In this document: positions 1 to 9,146 of the stretch, piece by piece
Layout of the letters: each line of letters starts with the position of its first letter
Position numbering within the stretch: the first letter of the stretch is position 1
Source of the DNA: Brevinematia bacterium
Lineage (GTDB): Bacteria; Spirochaetota; Brevinematia; Brevinematales; JAOACQ01
Assembly: GCA_049968515.1 (NCBI GenBank)
Contig: JBMFQR010000004.1
Location: 6,145 to 70,144, forward strand
Length of the DNA: 64,000 nt
Direction: 5' to 3'
Notes under the pieces: model-generated
Databases searched by the model: none
The model's input: only the letters and a program-made list of their open reading frames with translations
What the model was told of the DNA's origin: nothing
Translations under genes and position numbers: made by a program

Positions 1-515
1 TCAGGGACAATCCAGAGCTAAGCGTGAGGCATGTTGAGAAGTTGAAGGATCCACTCCGCATAGTTATTGATCCTTATGGAAAGGCAAATGAGGACTATAA
101 TGTTATGAGTGATAAACTTCCTACACTTTTTATAACAACCAGAAATATTTCGACTTCTTTCATAAAACTCTGTGAAAAGCATAAAAAAGAGATTTTAATG
201 CTTGATCTTGAGGATGATGGTCTTTTTTCTTTTAGAAAAATCTTTTCAATCCTTGGCAAAAGGGGGATAACATCAATTCTTGTGGAGGGTGGAGCGGGAG
301 TTTTCTACAATCTTTTCAGAGAATCGGTTGTTGATAAGCTTTATCTTTTCATCTCTCCAAAGCTCCTTTGTGGCAGGGGAATTCCCCTTCTTGATGGTCT
401 GGGAGTAAAGAAAATATCGGAGGCAATTAAAATTAACAACTTTTCTGTCGAAAATATAGGTGAAGACATTTTATTTAAGGGATATATTTCACAATATGGA
501 GATGATATTAAGTAA
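1..515 (+). CDS. ribD: Riboflavin biosynthesis RibD, C-terminal pyrimidine-reductase domain (5' end outside window)
   Basis: Frame of ORF 24..515 stays open back to position 3 (RDNPELSVRHVEK). 'DNPxLSVR' and 'ITSILVEGGAGVFYNLF...VDKLYLFISPKLLCG' fit the RibD reductase-domain signature. Stop TAA at 513-515. Confidence 0.7.
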   Translation, partial: RDNPELSVRHVEKLKDPLRIVIDPYGKANEDYNVMSDKLPTLFITTRNISTSFIKLCEKHKKEILMLDLEDDGLFSFRKIFSILGKRGITSILVEGGAGVFYNLFRESVVDKLYLFISPKLLCGRGIPLLDGLGVKKISEAIKINNFSVENIGEDILFKGYISQYGDDIK

Positions 516-1590
516 TAGTCTCTTTTTTAAGGGAAAAGAGACTTTTTTGAATAATCTATGGAAGGATTCAGAATATTTCTTTTTTCAGTCCTACAAAGTT
601 GAGAAAAACCAGAAAGCTCTTGGATACTTCCTTTACCTGAATCTTCTTAATTCAAAATATGAGGTGGTTTCAAAATTTTATGATAATAAAAAATTTGAGT
701 TAAGGGGCTTTGGTCTCTATCCATCATACTGGGTAAAGTATCTTGAGGGAGATATTAATGAGGCTTTAGAAATCTTAGAAAAGATGGCAGAGGAAGAGCA
801 TTATTTTTTGAGAATCTTCGCTATAAAGGAGCTTGTTAAATTTGGGAGGATAAATGGAGAAGACTTAATTAAAGATAGGTTCAAATACTTCGGGCTTTCA
901 TATGATTTTCCTCTTGAGGAACAAAGAGCCTCTTTGTATCTTGATTACCTTTCAAAAAGGCACCATCTCTCATTAATACAGGCAAAGTCACTTCTAAAAG
1001 ATTATCCTGAAATTGCGGATGTATACCTTGATTATCTTGAGATCTGCTTTTCTGTTGGTTCAGAGGATACAATAAAAGAAGCTTTATCTAACGAAGCAAT
1101 AATTGAAATGGCAAAAAAGGATTTTAGAATAATGTTTTTACTTGCAAGGCAGTTTTTCAAAATGAAGGAGCTCGAAAAATCAAAGGAATATCTTATGAGA
1201 TTATCAAATTATTTTAAGCATAACCCTTTGATTTATTATAATTTAGGCAATATTCATTTTATCACGGGCAAGTTTACGAAAGCCATAGAATTATATGAGA
1301 GGGCAACAGAGCTTGCACCTCTGCTTGAAAAAGCCTTTTATAATCTGGGTATTTCATATTACAGAATAGGTGAGATAAATAAGGCTATAAAATGCTTTGA
1401 AAAGGCCATTTCTATAAGTCTTGACCCGAGAGCAATCTATAATATCTCAATCTGTCTTATTGAAAAGAAAGAGTATGAGGATGCCTATCACTTTCTGAAT
1501 AAAATTCCTAAATGGTATAACTCAAAGTACTCTCCATATTTCTTAAAAGAAAAGATAAAGGATGTCCTTTTTGAGGCTTCTATTTCTTAG
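496..1590 (+). CDS. TPR-repeat protein
   Basis: ORF 460..1590. The C-terminal third has canonical TPR units (YYNLGNIHFITGKFTKAIELYERATELAP, AFYNLGISYYRIGEINKAIKCFEKAI). ATG at 496 was chosen because it reduces the overlap with ribD. Confidence 0.6.
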   Translation: MEMILSNSLFFKGKETFLNNLWKDSEYFFFQSYKVEKNQKALGYFLYLNLLNSKYEVVSKFYDNKKFELRGFGLYPSYWVKYLEGDINEALEILEKMAEEEHYFLRIFAIKELVKFGRINGEDLIKDRFKYFGLSYDFPLEEQRASLYLDYLSKRHHLSLIQAKSLLKDYPEIADVYLDYLEICFSVGSEDTIKEALSNEAIIEMAKKDFRIMFLLARQFFKMKELEKSKEYLMRLSNYFKHNPLIYYNLGNIHFITGKFTKAIELYERATELAPLLEKAFYNLGISYYRIGEINKAIKCFEKAISISLDPRAIYNISICLIEKKEYEDAYHFLNKIPKWYNSKYSPYFLKEKIKDVLFEASIS

Positions 1591-2902
1591 CATACTTCCT
1601 TCTGTAAAACTCTTTCCCGTATCTGATAAGTCCTACAAGTGGTATGCTTGATGGACAGCTATAAGCACAGCAACCACATTCAATGCAATCCATAAGTCCT
1701 ATATTGAAGGCATCTTCTACCATAAAGTTGTCACAGTAGCTTGCTATCTCTGTTGGTTGCAAGCCTATTGGACAGACAGTGACACATCTTCCACATCTTA
1801 TACAGGGATAATTTTTTACCTCATAGGTTTTTGATTTTGGCAAAAAGACGATTCCGCTTGTGCCTTTCATAATTGGCATTGATGTATCGGTAATCTCAAT
1901 TCCCATCATTGGGCCACCTGCAATGATGTAGTCAAAATCTGGTGGAGTACCAAACTCTTCAATCAAAGACTGAACAGGAGTTCCAATTCTTACCTTGTAA
2001 TTTCCAGCATTTGTGAGGTTTTCACCTGTGTATGTGATTCCCCTTTCAATCAAGGGCTTACCATAAGCCACTGCCTCATATATTGCATAGACTGTTGACA
2101 CATTCTCAACAACTATTTTCACATCCATTGGAAGCCCGCCGGAAGGGACTTCTTTTTTTGTTATGGCCTGTATTATCTGTTTCTCACCCCCCTGTGGATA
2201 CTTAGTTTTTAATAATTCAAGTTTGATTTCCGGTTCTGAAACTAAAAGCTCTGAAAATGCTTGATAGGCATCAAGCTTGTTTTCTTCTATGGCAATAATG
2301 GCATTTTTTATTGAAAGGATATTTAAGATAATTTTTATACCTTCTATTATTTCTTTGGCTTTTTCAAGCATCATTCTGTGGTCTATTGTCAGGTAAGGTT
2401 CGCATTCTGCTCCATTTACTATAAGAAGGTCAATCTTTTTCCCCTCGGGAGGAGAAAGTTTTACGTGTGTCGGAAAAGCAGCCCCACCAAGACCTACGAT
2501 TCCAGCATTTTTTATTGCCTCAAGAAAGTCCTTCTTTCCCCAGTTGCTGTAATCCTTTTTTCTTTCATACCAGTTTCTTATCGTGCCGCCGGATTCTATC
2601 TCAACAATATCAACATTCTTCTGCGTAAACGTATTGCCTTTCTTTATTGAAATGACTTTGCCGGAGACACTTGAATGAACATTTGCAGAGATAAAACCCA
2701 CTGCCTCACCTATAAGATCTCCTTCATTTACCTGATCACCCTCTTTAACAAGAAGTTTTGCCGGTGCGCCTGTATGCTGGGAGAGTGGAATTCTAACTAT
2801 CTTCGGGTAATGAGTCTTTTCTATGGGCTTTTCTTCAGTATACTTTGCTTCTTCAAGAAGTATTCCACCTCTTTTGAAGGTTTTTGTAATAACCTTTTCC
2901 AT
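1580..2902 (-). CDS. RnfC-like electron-transport subunit (SLBB/NADH-binding-like domain plus 2x[4Fe-4S])
   Basis: ORF 1580..2917. Two ferredoxin motifs, CIRCGRCVTVCP and CIECGCCAYSCP, near the C-terminus. GLGGAAFPTHVKL and VNGAECEPYLT motifs are typical of RnfC. ATG at 2902 is preceded by GGAG. Confidence 0.7.
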   Translation of the reverse strand: MEKVITKTFKRGGILLEEAKYTEEKPIEKTHYPKIVRIPLSQHTGAPAKLLVKEGDQVNEGDLIGEAVGFISANVHSSVSGKVISIKKGNTFTQKNVDIVEIESGGTIRNWYERKKDYSNWGKKDFLEAIKNAGIVGLGGAAFPTHVKLSPPEGKKIDLLIVNGAECEPYLTIDHRMMLEKAKEIIEGIKIILNILSIKNAIIAIEENKLDAYQAFSELLVSEPEIKLELLKTKYPQGGEKQIIQAITKKEVPSGGLPMDVKIVVENVSTVYAIYEAVAYGKPLIERGITYTGENLTNAGNYKVRIGTPVQSLIEEFGTPPDFDYIIAGGPMMGIEITDTSMPIMKGTSGIVFLPKSKTYEVKNYPCIRCGRCVTVCPIGLQPTEIASYCDNFMVEDAFNIGLMDCIECGCCAYSCPSSIPLVGLIRYGKEFYRRKYAKK

Positions 2903-3016
2903 AACTTTTCTCCACAAAAGATTACTTTGTTATAGCTTAACTTAACTATTAAAAAAAGTCAAAAACAAAAAGGGATGGGGTTTCAAAAAATCTTTTCATT
3001 TTGCATATGAAGTGTT

Positions 3017-4873
3017 TTATTTTTCTAATATGAGAAACTCTGTTCTTCTGTTTTTTGCTCTGCCTTCTTCTGTAGAATTGCTTGCGATGGGTTTTGTTTC
3101 TCCAAAGCCTTTTGCCTTAAGTCTTTCAGGACTTATTCCATTTTTAATGAGATATTCCATTACGACCTCTGCTCTCTTTTCTGAAAGTTTCTGGTTGTAT
3201 TCTTTTGTACCAATGTTATCAGTATGCCCATGAATTTCAAGCTTTATTCTTGGATTTTTCTTTAATTGTTCCACAATTTTATTTAGTGTTGAAACTGATT
3301 CTCTGCGAAGATATGCCTGATTAAATTCAAAATAGATGTTGGGTATTATTATTGGTTTGCCAACCTCAATTTCTTCAAGCTTTATATCGGGCAATGGTGG
3401 AGGTGAAGACTCTATTTTCTCTAAAACTTCCTTGGGTTTTACCTCGGGTTCTACTTCAATAGCTTCACTTTTTGAAGATGATTGTTTTTTTTCTTCTGTG
3501 GATATAGATTTCGGGGGAATTTTATCTTCCAGTTCATCATCCCAGTCTTTTAAGCCTTTTGTTGAGGATTGTTTTTTTTCTACCATTGCAATAGCAGGTT
3601 TTGAAGTTGAAGATTCTGTGGTTTTTTCCTCTGCTGCTAGCATATAAGTTCCATCATTACCATATACGATGGGCCTTTCGTAGTATGTCCCTATAGCATA
3701 AAGGTAATTTCCGGCCGGCAGAAACAATGTTCCACGTGATACGGCTATCTGAGAAGGACCACCGGGAAATGGGGGGTAAAATTCCCAGAGGGGAGACCTT
3801 TCGCCGAATCTGTATGCTTTGACACCTGTAAACAATATATCTTTTTCCCCTACTTTTTTTGTATAATTATAAGCCACATAGAGTTGATCATTCACAGTTG
3901 CGAAATAGGGGGAGGACTTTTCGCTAGTATCTATTTCGTAAATTATGCTTGCGTTCTCAGGTGACAGCACTACAATTTTTCTGTTCCCAAGTGTAATAAG
4001 TATCGCTCTATCTGTAAAACTCGGGCTTGACGTTATATAATCATCAAACTCCTTATGATAAATTTCAGCCCCATCTGTAAGTGAGAGACAGTAAAGTTTT
4101 TTGCCCGATGGCATAAAAACCTTTCTCTGATAAACCACAGGTGAAAAAATCTGGAGTGGAATATCAATCTCTTTTTTCCATAGTATTTTTCCAGTGAATT
4201 GATCAAGACAGATTATAAAAAATCTATTGTTTTTTAGATCCCTTGACTGGGCAAAAATTTTATCATCATAAAATGTTGGAAAACCACTGTAGCTTTCAAT
4301 CTCTGGATTTGACCATACCACATGCCCGTTTATTATTTCTCTTGCAATAAAATTTTTTCTTGTTCCATAGTAAATGTTATTTCCAGAAATGATTGGGTCT
4401 GCATAAATTCCATCAATTACAGCCCTTGTTTTTTCGCTTTCCTGTAGCCCTGCTCTTGCCCATATTATTTTTCCATTGAGTTTGTTGATACAATAAATAG
4501 CTGTGGCATCTGAGACAAAAAGCAAATTATTTTTAATTACAGGGTATTTAACCTTACCCGGAACACCAGCCTTTCCTAAAAAATGCCCTGATACCTCAAA
4601 GAGATCAAGTTTCCACAAGAGCTTGCCGGTTTCTTCTTCAAGACAGTATAAGATCTTGTCAATATCACAAAAATACACTCTTCCATCAGAAACAATGGGA
4701 TTAAAAATGTAGTTTGAGGCCATATATAGCCACTTGAGATTGTTGTTTTTGACAATAATCTGGTCATTATTTCCTGTAAAATATAGATTACCTTTATAAA
4801 CCGGCCAATCAGATGGGTAGAATGTAGAAAAAAAGATTGCAACAAATATAAAAATTTGCAAAAAAAAGGTCAT
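3017..4873 (-). CDS. Outer-membrane-associated protein: PQQ-like beta-propeller repeats (BamB-like), S/E/K-rich linker, OmpA/MotB C-terminal peptidoglycan-binding domain
   Basis: 618-aa ORF with an N-terminal hydrophobic signal. Repeated 'G.l.a.d..tGk..W' type propeller strands. C-terminus NIYFEFNQAYL...LEIHGHTDNIGTKEYNQKLSEKRAEVV...GFGETKPIA...NRRTEF is the OmpA_C signature. Confidence 0.75.
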   Translation of the reverse strand: MTFFLQIFIFVAIFFSTFYPSDWPVYKGNLYFTGNNDQIIVKNNNLKWLYMASNYIFNPIVSDGRVYFCDIDKILYCLEEETGKLLWKLDLFEVSGHFLGKAGVPGKVKYPVIKNNLLFVSDATAIYCINKLNGKIIWARAGLQESEKTRAVIDGIYADPIISGNNIYYGTRKNFIAREIINGHVVWSNPEIESYSGFPTFYDDKIFAQSRDLKNNRFFIICLDQFTGKILWKKEIDIPLQIFSPVVYQRKVFMPSGKKLYCLSLTDGAEIYHKEFDDYITSSPSFTDRAILITLGNRKIVVLSPENASIIYEIDTSEKSSPYFATVNDQLYVAYNYTKKVGEKDILFTGVKAYRFGERSPLWEFYPPFPGGPSQIAVSRGTLFLPAGNYLYAIGTYYERPIVYGNDGTYMLAAEEKTTESSTSKPAIAMVEKKQSSTKGLKDWDDELEDKIPPKSISTEEKKQSSSKSEAIEVEPEVKPKEVLEKIESSPPPLPDIKLEEIEVGKPIIIPNIYFEFNQAYLRRESVSTLNKIVEQLKKNPRIKLEIHGHTDNIGTKEYNQKLSEKRAEVVMEYLIKNGISPERLKAKGFGETKPIASNSTEEGRAKNRRTEFLILEK

Positions 4874-4993
4874 TTTCTCTCTCTTTTTAATATTTCGGAA
4901 AAGATTATCTTAAAAGTTGAGAAGATTTCCATTCTTATAAAAAGCTACTTGATGCTGTGAAAAAATTTTTAACTGAAAAATATAAAAAAAATC

Positions 4994-5022
4994 TTGACTT
5001 TAAATAAAGATAAAATTACTAT
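4994..5022 (+). promoter_or_regulatory. Sigma70-type promoter candidate for the SPFH gene
   Basis: TTGACT (4994-4999), 17-nt spacer, TACTAT (5017-5022), 35 nt upstream of the ATG at 5057. Confidence 0.4.
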
Positions 5023-5056
5023 TAGTATTATGGTTTAAATTTGTTGGAGGTAAAAA

Positions 5057-5797
5057 ATGGGCTTTTATATTGGAATAGCTGTTGCAATTTTAATCTTTTT
5101 GTTTTCAATGATAAAAATTGTAACAGAATATGAAAGACTTGTTGTGTTCAGGCTTGGCAAGTACTATAGGGTGAAAGGTCCGGGAATTGTGATTATAATT
5201 CCGGGCATAGATAGAGCCGTGAAAGTAAGTTTAAGAACTGTAACGATGGATGTTCCTCCACAGGATGTCATTACAAAGGATAATGTTTCTGTAAACGTTA
5301 ATGCTGTTGTTTATTACAGGATTTTATTTCCGGAAAAGGCAATAATTGAGGTGGAGAATTTTGATTTTGCAACATCGCAGATTTCACAGACTACTTTGAG
5401 GAGTGTTCTTGGTCAGTTGGAACTTGATGAGTTGTTGACAGAAAGAGAAAAAATAAATACCGAGCTTCAGAAAATAATTGATGAAGCAACTGATCCTTGG
5501 GGTATAAAGGTTATAAAGGTTGAAATGAAGGATGTTATCCTTCCGGAGGAAATGAAACGTGCAATGGCAAGACAGGCAGAGGCAGATAGGGAGAGAAGGG
5601 CCAAGATTATTGCTGCCGAGGGTGAATTACAGGCATCACAAAAGTTGCTTGAAGCTGCAAAAAAGATGTCAGAAGATCCTCTTACTGTACAGTTGAGATA
5701 TCTGCAAACTCTGAGTGAGATTTCCACTGAAAATGCGACAACTATAGTATTTCCGATACCTATTGACCTTCTTGAGAGCTTCAGAAAAAAGTCATAA
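5057..5797 (+). CDS. SPFH/band-7 (stomatin/prohibitin-like) membrane protein
   Basis: N-terminal TM helix, then '[16 protein letters not shown]...[11 protein letters not shown]...[24 protein letters not shown]', the SPFH domain signature. GGAGG lies upstream of the ATG. Confidence 0.85.
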   Translation: MGFYIGIAVAILIFLFSMIKIVTEYERLVVFRLGKYYRVKGPGIVIIIPGIDRAVKVSLRTVTMDVPPQDVITKDNVSVNVNAVVYYRILFPEKAIIEVENFDFATSQISQTTLRSVLGQLELDELLTEREKINTELQKIIDEATDPWGIKVIKVEMKDVILPEEMKRAMARQAEADRERRAKIIAAEGELQASQKLLEAAKKMSEDPLTVQLRYLQTLSEISTENATTIVFPIPIDLLESFRKKS

Positions 5798-5858
5798 TGT
5801 CTTAAGTAGTAAAGACTGAATGCCGATTTATCTAAAAACTAAAATTGTGGAATAGTCA

Positions 5859-6272
5859 ATGGCGGAAGGATACAAAAATTATAAAGAGGTTGAGATAGAG
5901 ACTGCAAGCGGCTTAAAGCTTGTGGTTATGCTTTATGCCGGAGCAATAAAATTTTTAAATATTGCGAAGGAAGGTATTTTTACAAAAAAGCTTGATGTGG
6001 CAAACAATAATATTATTAAGGCACAGGATATAATTACGGAATTAATGACCTCACTTAATTTTGAGGCGGGTGAGATTGCTCATAATCTATATAGCCTATA
6101 TATTTATATGAATAGAAGATTACTTGAGGCAAACTTAGAAAAAAACCCTGAGATTCTGAGTGAGGTTATTAAGTTACTTGGAATCTTAAAAGAGGCATGG
6201 GAAGAATTACTTAAAAGTCAAAAAGATACTCCTCCGGAAAGAAAGACGACAAAAGTTAATATTTCCGGATAA
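5859..6272 (+). CDS. fliS: Flagellar export chaperone FliS
   Basis: 137 aa. 'YKNYKEVEIETASGLKLVVMLYAGAIKFLNIAKE' matches the FliS N-terminal signature (Y...v.TAsp..L..mLYdGai). Size is typical. Confidence 0.75.
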   Translation: MAEGYKNYKEVEIETASGLKLVVMLYAGAIKFLNIAKEGIFTKKLDVANNNIIKAQDIITELMTSLNFEAGEIAHNLYSLYIYMNRRLLEANLEKNPEILSEVIKLLGILKEAWEELLKSQKDTPPERKTTKVNISG

Positions 6273-6306
6273 GTTAAAAAACATTCTATAAATAACGAGG
6301 TGTAAA

Positions 6307-8250
6307 ATGGCTGAGGAAAAAATTGAATTACTGGATGATTTTCTTGTTGATATGGATATAGAAACAATTACACTTGAAAATGTTAATAATAAAGATTTTA
6401 TTGAAGTGGAAGAAGCAGAAGAAGAAATTGGAATATCAGAAGAGACAAAGGAGCTTAATGGTTTTTCAAAAACTCAAGGCATAGAGATTGAGAATTTAAA
6501 TGTTACTCCTGCAGGTGAAGGTGGAGGTGGAGTTACCATAAGCGCAGAGAATGTAAATATCTATCAGAATGTTTCAGAGGGTGTTTCTGCAGGAGGTGTT
6601 GAAGTAAAGCCAGTGGAAGTAGCTCCTTCGAGGACAGTAATAAAGCCAGATAGTGTTTCATTGGAGATAAAAGATGCTCAAATAAAGATAGATGAGTCAG
6701 AACTAATTTTGAATGAACCACCTGAAGTGAAAGTCTCTCAATCAGAAGCACAGCCAGAAGAAATCAGTCAGGATGAAGAGCTTATAACAATTTCTGAGGC
6801 AGATCTTGATGCAGTTGTCAAAGATAATAATATAACAGATCTTGAAAATCTTGGTGAACAGACCGAGGCTGAAATGGCTTTTTCGACAGAGGAAACAATA
6901 GGCGATATTGGTGAAGATAAAGCTCTTTTTGCTGGTGAAACTGAAGAGGTTGCTACTATTGATGAGATAGAAAAGCTTGAAGAGCCAACCATCCCGGTTG
7001 AGGGAGAGGTTGTAGAAGAAGCTGAGGAGACACCTGTTCAGGAAAGTCTTGGAAAGGAAGAAGAGGATATAATAGTTTCAATAGATGGAAGTGAGCTTGA
7101 CAACCTCATCTATGGAGAAGAAGGTATATCAAAATATGCACAGGCTGCTTTTCAACCGCAGACTACTCCGGAAATGATTTCTGAAGAATCCCCACTCTCA
7201 GAAGCAGTTTCTGAAAAAGTAACTCCTGTTGAGTATGAAGAGGAACCACAAGCTTTTTCAGGAGAGATTGAAGAGGTTGTAATAGAAAAGCCGGAAGAGA
7301 TAGAGTTGACAGAGATTCCCACCGTTAGTGAAACTATTGAGCAAGAGTTGGGAGAAGTTCAGGCTGAAGCACTTGTAGAGAAAGTTATAGAAGAAGTGCC
7401 TGAAGTAGAAATTTCAAAGCCTGTAGAGGAAATTTCAACAGAGCCTACTGTAGAGGAAGCTATAGAAGGAGTGTCAATGGCAGAAGCATCCTCGTCTCTT
7501 GAAGAGGTGAGTCTGGAAGGTATAGAGGAGATAAAACTTGAAGAGATTCCTATTGAGGGGATTGAAGCTGGAACTGGAACAACAGGTGAAGCAAAAATTT
7601 CTTCCGTTCCTGTGATAGAAAAAGAAGAGGCTGAAGCTGAGACAGTAGTAGCTATGCCAGTTGAGGAAGAAAAAGAAGAGGAACTTTTAGCTCCTACTGA
7701 AGTGGCACAGGAGGAACTTAAACCACAGGAAGAATTTACATTTGATCTTTCTGTTATTCCTGATGTTGCAGAGGTTGAGGAAGATGAACCCATCGCTCTT
7801 TCTCTTGATGAATTGAACAATATTCAGGTTTCTGAAGAAACCATGGAATATCAACCAGAGATTTCTGCTGAAATACCCATTACTGAGGAAGAAAATGTTG
7901 AAGTTCCACTCGAGGAATTTTCGCAACAATCTGAGGACTTTATTAAAGAACCTGCTTCTCTTGAAGTTTATGGTCTGGAGGAGGGTGAGCATCCATCAGA
8001 GGAGCTTCAGATTGCTGAGGTGGAAGATCTGCTTGTCGAGCCAAAGATAAAGGGTATTTCTGAAACTGGTGAAATTGCTATTGAGGAAAAGATAGAGGCT
8101 TTAAGTCCAGAGACAAAAGAAGAGTTAAGAACGGTGCTTAAATATCTTGATAATCTTTTAGAAAATCTCCCAGAAGATAAAATCAAGGAATTTGCAAAAT
8201 CTGAATATTATGATCTTTACATTAAGATTCTTGATAAACTTGGCATTTAA
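6307..8250 (+). CDS. Hyper-acidic (Glu-rich) 647-aa protein of unknown function with an ordinary-composition C-terminal ~50 aa
   Basis: Long uninterrupted ORF on a purine-rich strand. AGG/GAGG lies upstream of the ATG at 6307. The antisense ORFs are Ser-rich shadows. No motif recognised. Confidence 0.6.
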   Translation: MAEEKIELLDDFLVDMDIETITLENVNNKDFIEVEEAEEEIGISEETKELNGFSKTQGIEIENLNVTPAGEGGGGVTISAENVNIYQNVSEGVSAGGVEVKPVEVAPSRTVIKPDSVSLEIKDAQIKIDESELILNEPPEVKVSQSEAQPEEISQDEELITISEADLDAVVKDNNITDLENLGEQTEAEMAFSTEETIGDIGEDKALFAGETEEVATIDEIEKLEEPTIPVEGEVVEEAEETPVQESLGKEEEDIIVSIDGSELDNLIYGEEGISKYAQAAFQPQTTPEMISEESPLSEAVSEKVTPVEYEEEPQAFSGEIEEVVIEKPEEIELTEIPTVSETIEQELGEVQAEALVEKVIEEVPEVEISKPVEEISTEPTVEEAIEGVSMAEASSSLEEVSLEGIEEIKLEEIPIEGIEAGTGTTGEAKISSVPVIEKEEAEAETVVAMPVEEEKEEELLAPTEVAQEELKPQEEFTFDLSVIPDVAEVEEDEPIALSLDELNNIQVSEETMEYQPEISAEIPITEEENVEVPLEEFSQQSEDFIKEPASLEVYGLEEGEHPSEELQIAEVEDLLVEPKIKGISETGEIAIEEKIEALSPETKEELRTVLKYLDNLLENLPEDKIKEFAKSEYYDLYIKILDKLGI

Positions 8251-8267
8251 CCGGGTCGAGGTTTTTG

Positions 8268-8897
8268 ATGGGATTAAGAAAAAAGGCTCAAAAATATCTC
8301 GAATTTTTGATATCCGATAGACTTGACAGGCTTGATGAAATATATGAGGGACAGAATCTTACCAGAGAAGAGCTTTTAGAGATAAAAAATCTTATTGCAA
8401 AGAAAATATTTCAGAATGAAAGAGAACTGGGAAAAAAGATTGATATTCTTAAAAAGATTCTTTCGATGAGTAAAGAGCTTGAAGAACTAAAATCAAAGGC
8501 TGAGATGATCGAATATCTGATGAAGAAATTAAAGGAAAGTTTTTGTGTTAAGAAGGCTTTGTTTTTTTCGGTTGAAAATGGGGATTGTGTGGTGAGAAAG
8601 TTAATTGGTCTGGATGAAAGTTTAATGGATACAAAAATAGATTGGAGCATTCAGGAGACACAGGCTCTGGCAAAGGGAGAAACAAATATTTTTGAGAATG
8701 ATTTTTCTTTTCATAAGTTTGTATCAGATATAGAAAGCTATCTTTTAGTTCCTATACTCCTCAATGGGAAACTTCTTGGTGGATTTGTAATTTTTCTGAT
8801 GGAAGAAATGAAATGCTTTTCCACAAAAGAGAACATCCAGATATTTGAATGGATCGCTGCTCAGTTTAAATGTCCTTTCTTTTTATGTAACAATTGA
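8268..8897 (+). CDS. Hypothetical protein, coiled-coil N-terminus and GAF-like C-terminal half
   Basis: ORF 8265..8897 (ATG at 8268). The C-terminal 'YLLVPILLNGKLLGGFVIFL' resembles the GAF-domain 'lvPl...g.l.Gvl' strand pair. Weak call. Confidence 0.45.
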   Translation: MGLRKKAQKYLEFLISDRLDRLDEIYEGQNLTREELLEIKNLIAKKIFQNERELGKKIDILKKILSMSKELEELKSKAEMIEYLMKKLKESFCVKKALFFSVENGDCVVRKLIGLDESLMDTKIDWSIQETQALAKGETNIFENDFSFHKFVSDIESYLLVPILLNGKLLGGFVIFLMEEMKCFSTKENIQIFEWIAAQFKCPFFLCNN

Positions 8898-9146
8898 TGC
8901 TGTCTGAAGTTACCAGTATTTTTTATTGATAAGGCTTCCCAGAAACTAACTTTTTTGAGACAGCTCTTGTATTTTATAAAAAATCACAACTCAGGTAATA
9001 CTAAAGTATTAGATTCCTCTCTTTTAAAAAATCATACTTTCGGGCGATTGACATTTTTTTTAGAAAAAATAAAATAAAATTGATTTTAAGAATTTTTTGG
9101 AAAATATTAATAGAAGTGAAAACCCTATTAAAGGAGGAGGTTATTT

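Noticed and set aside
460-495. N-terminal extensions of several track ORFs (460, 14852, 27780, 42996, 44693, 55841, 57079 starts)
   Set aside because: Internal ATGs with better RBS spacing give canonical N-termini or signal peptides and remove long overlaps with upstream genes. Those internal starts were used instead.
7359-7820. 153-aa Ser-rich minus-strand ORF (and 6768..6992, 6533..6751, 7687..7992)
   Set aside because: These are complements of GAA/GAG-rich codons of the acidic protein gene. The poly-Ser text is the expected antisense artefact.
8898-9146. Long-range inverted repeat GCTGTCT ... AGACAGC and a TTGACA-containing promoter upstream of the sugar ABC operon
   Set aside because: The arms are only 7 nt and are separated by >50 nt. 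The TTGACA has no -10 hexamer at acceptable spacing (15 or 20 nt only). The evidence is too weak to call.
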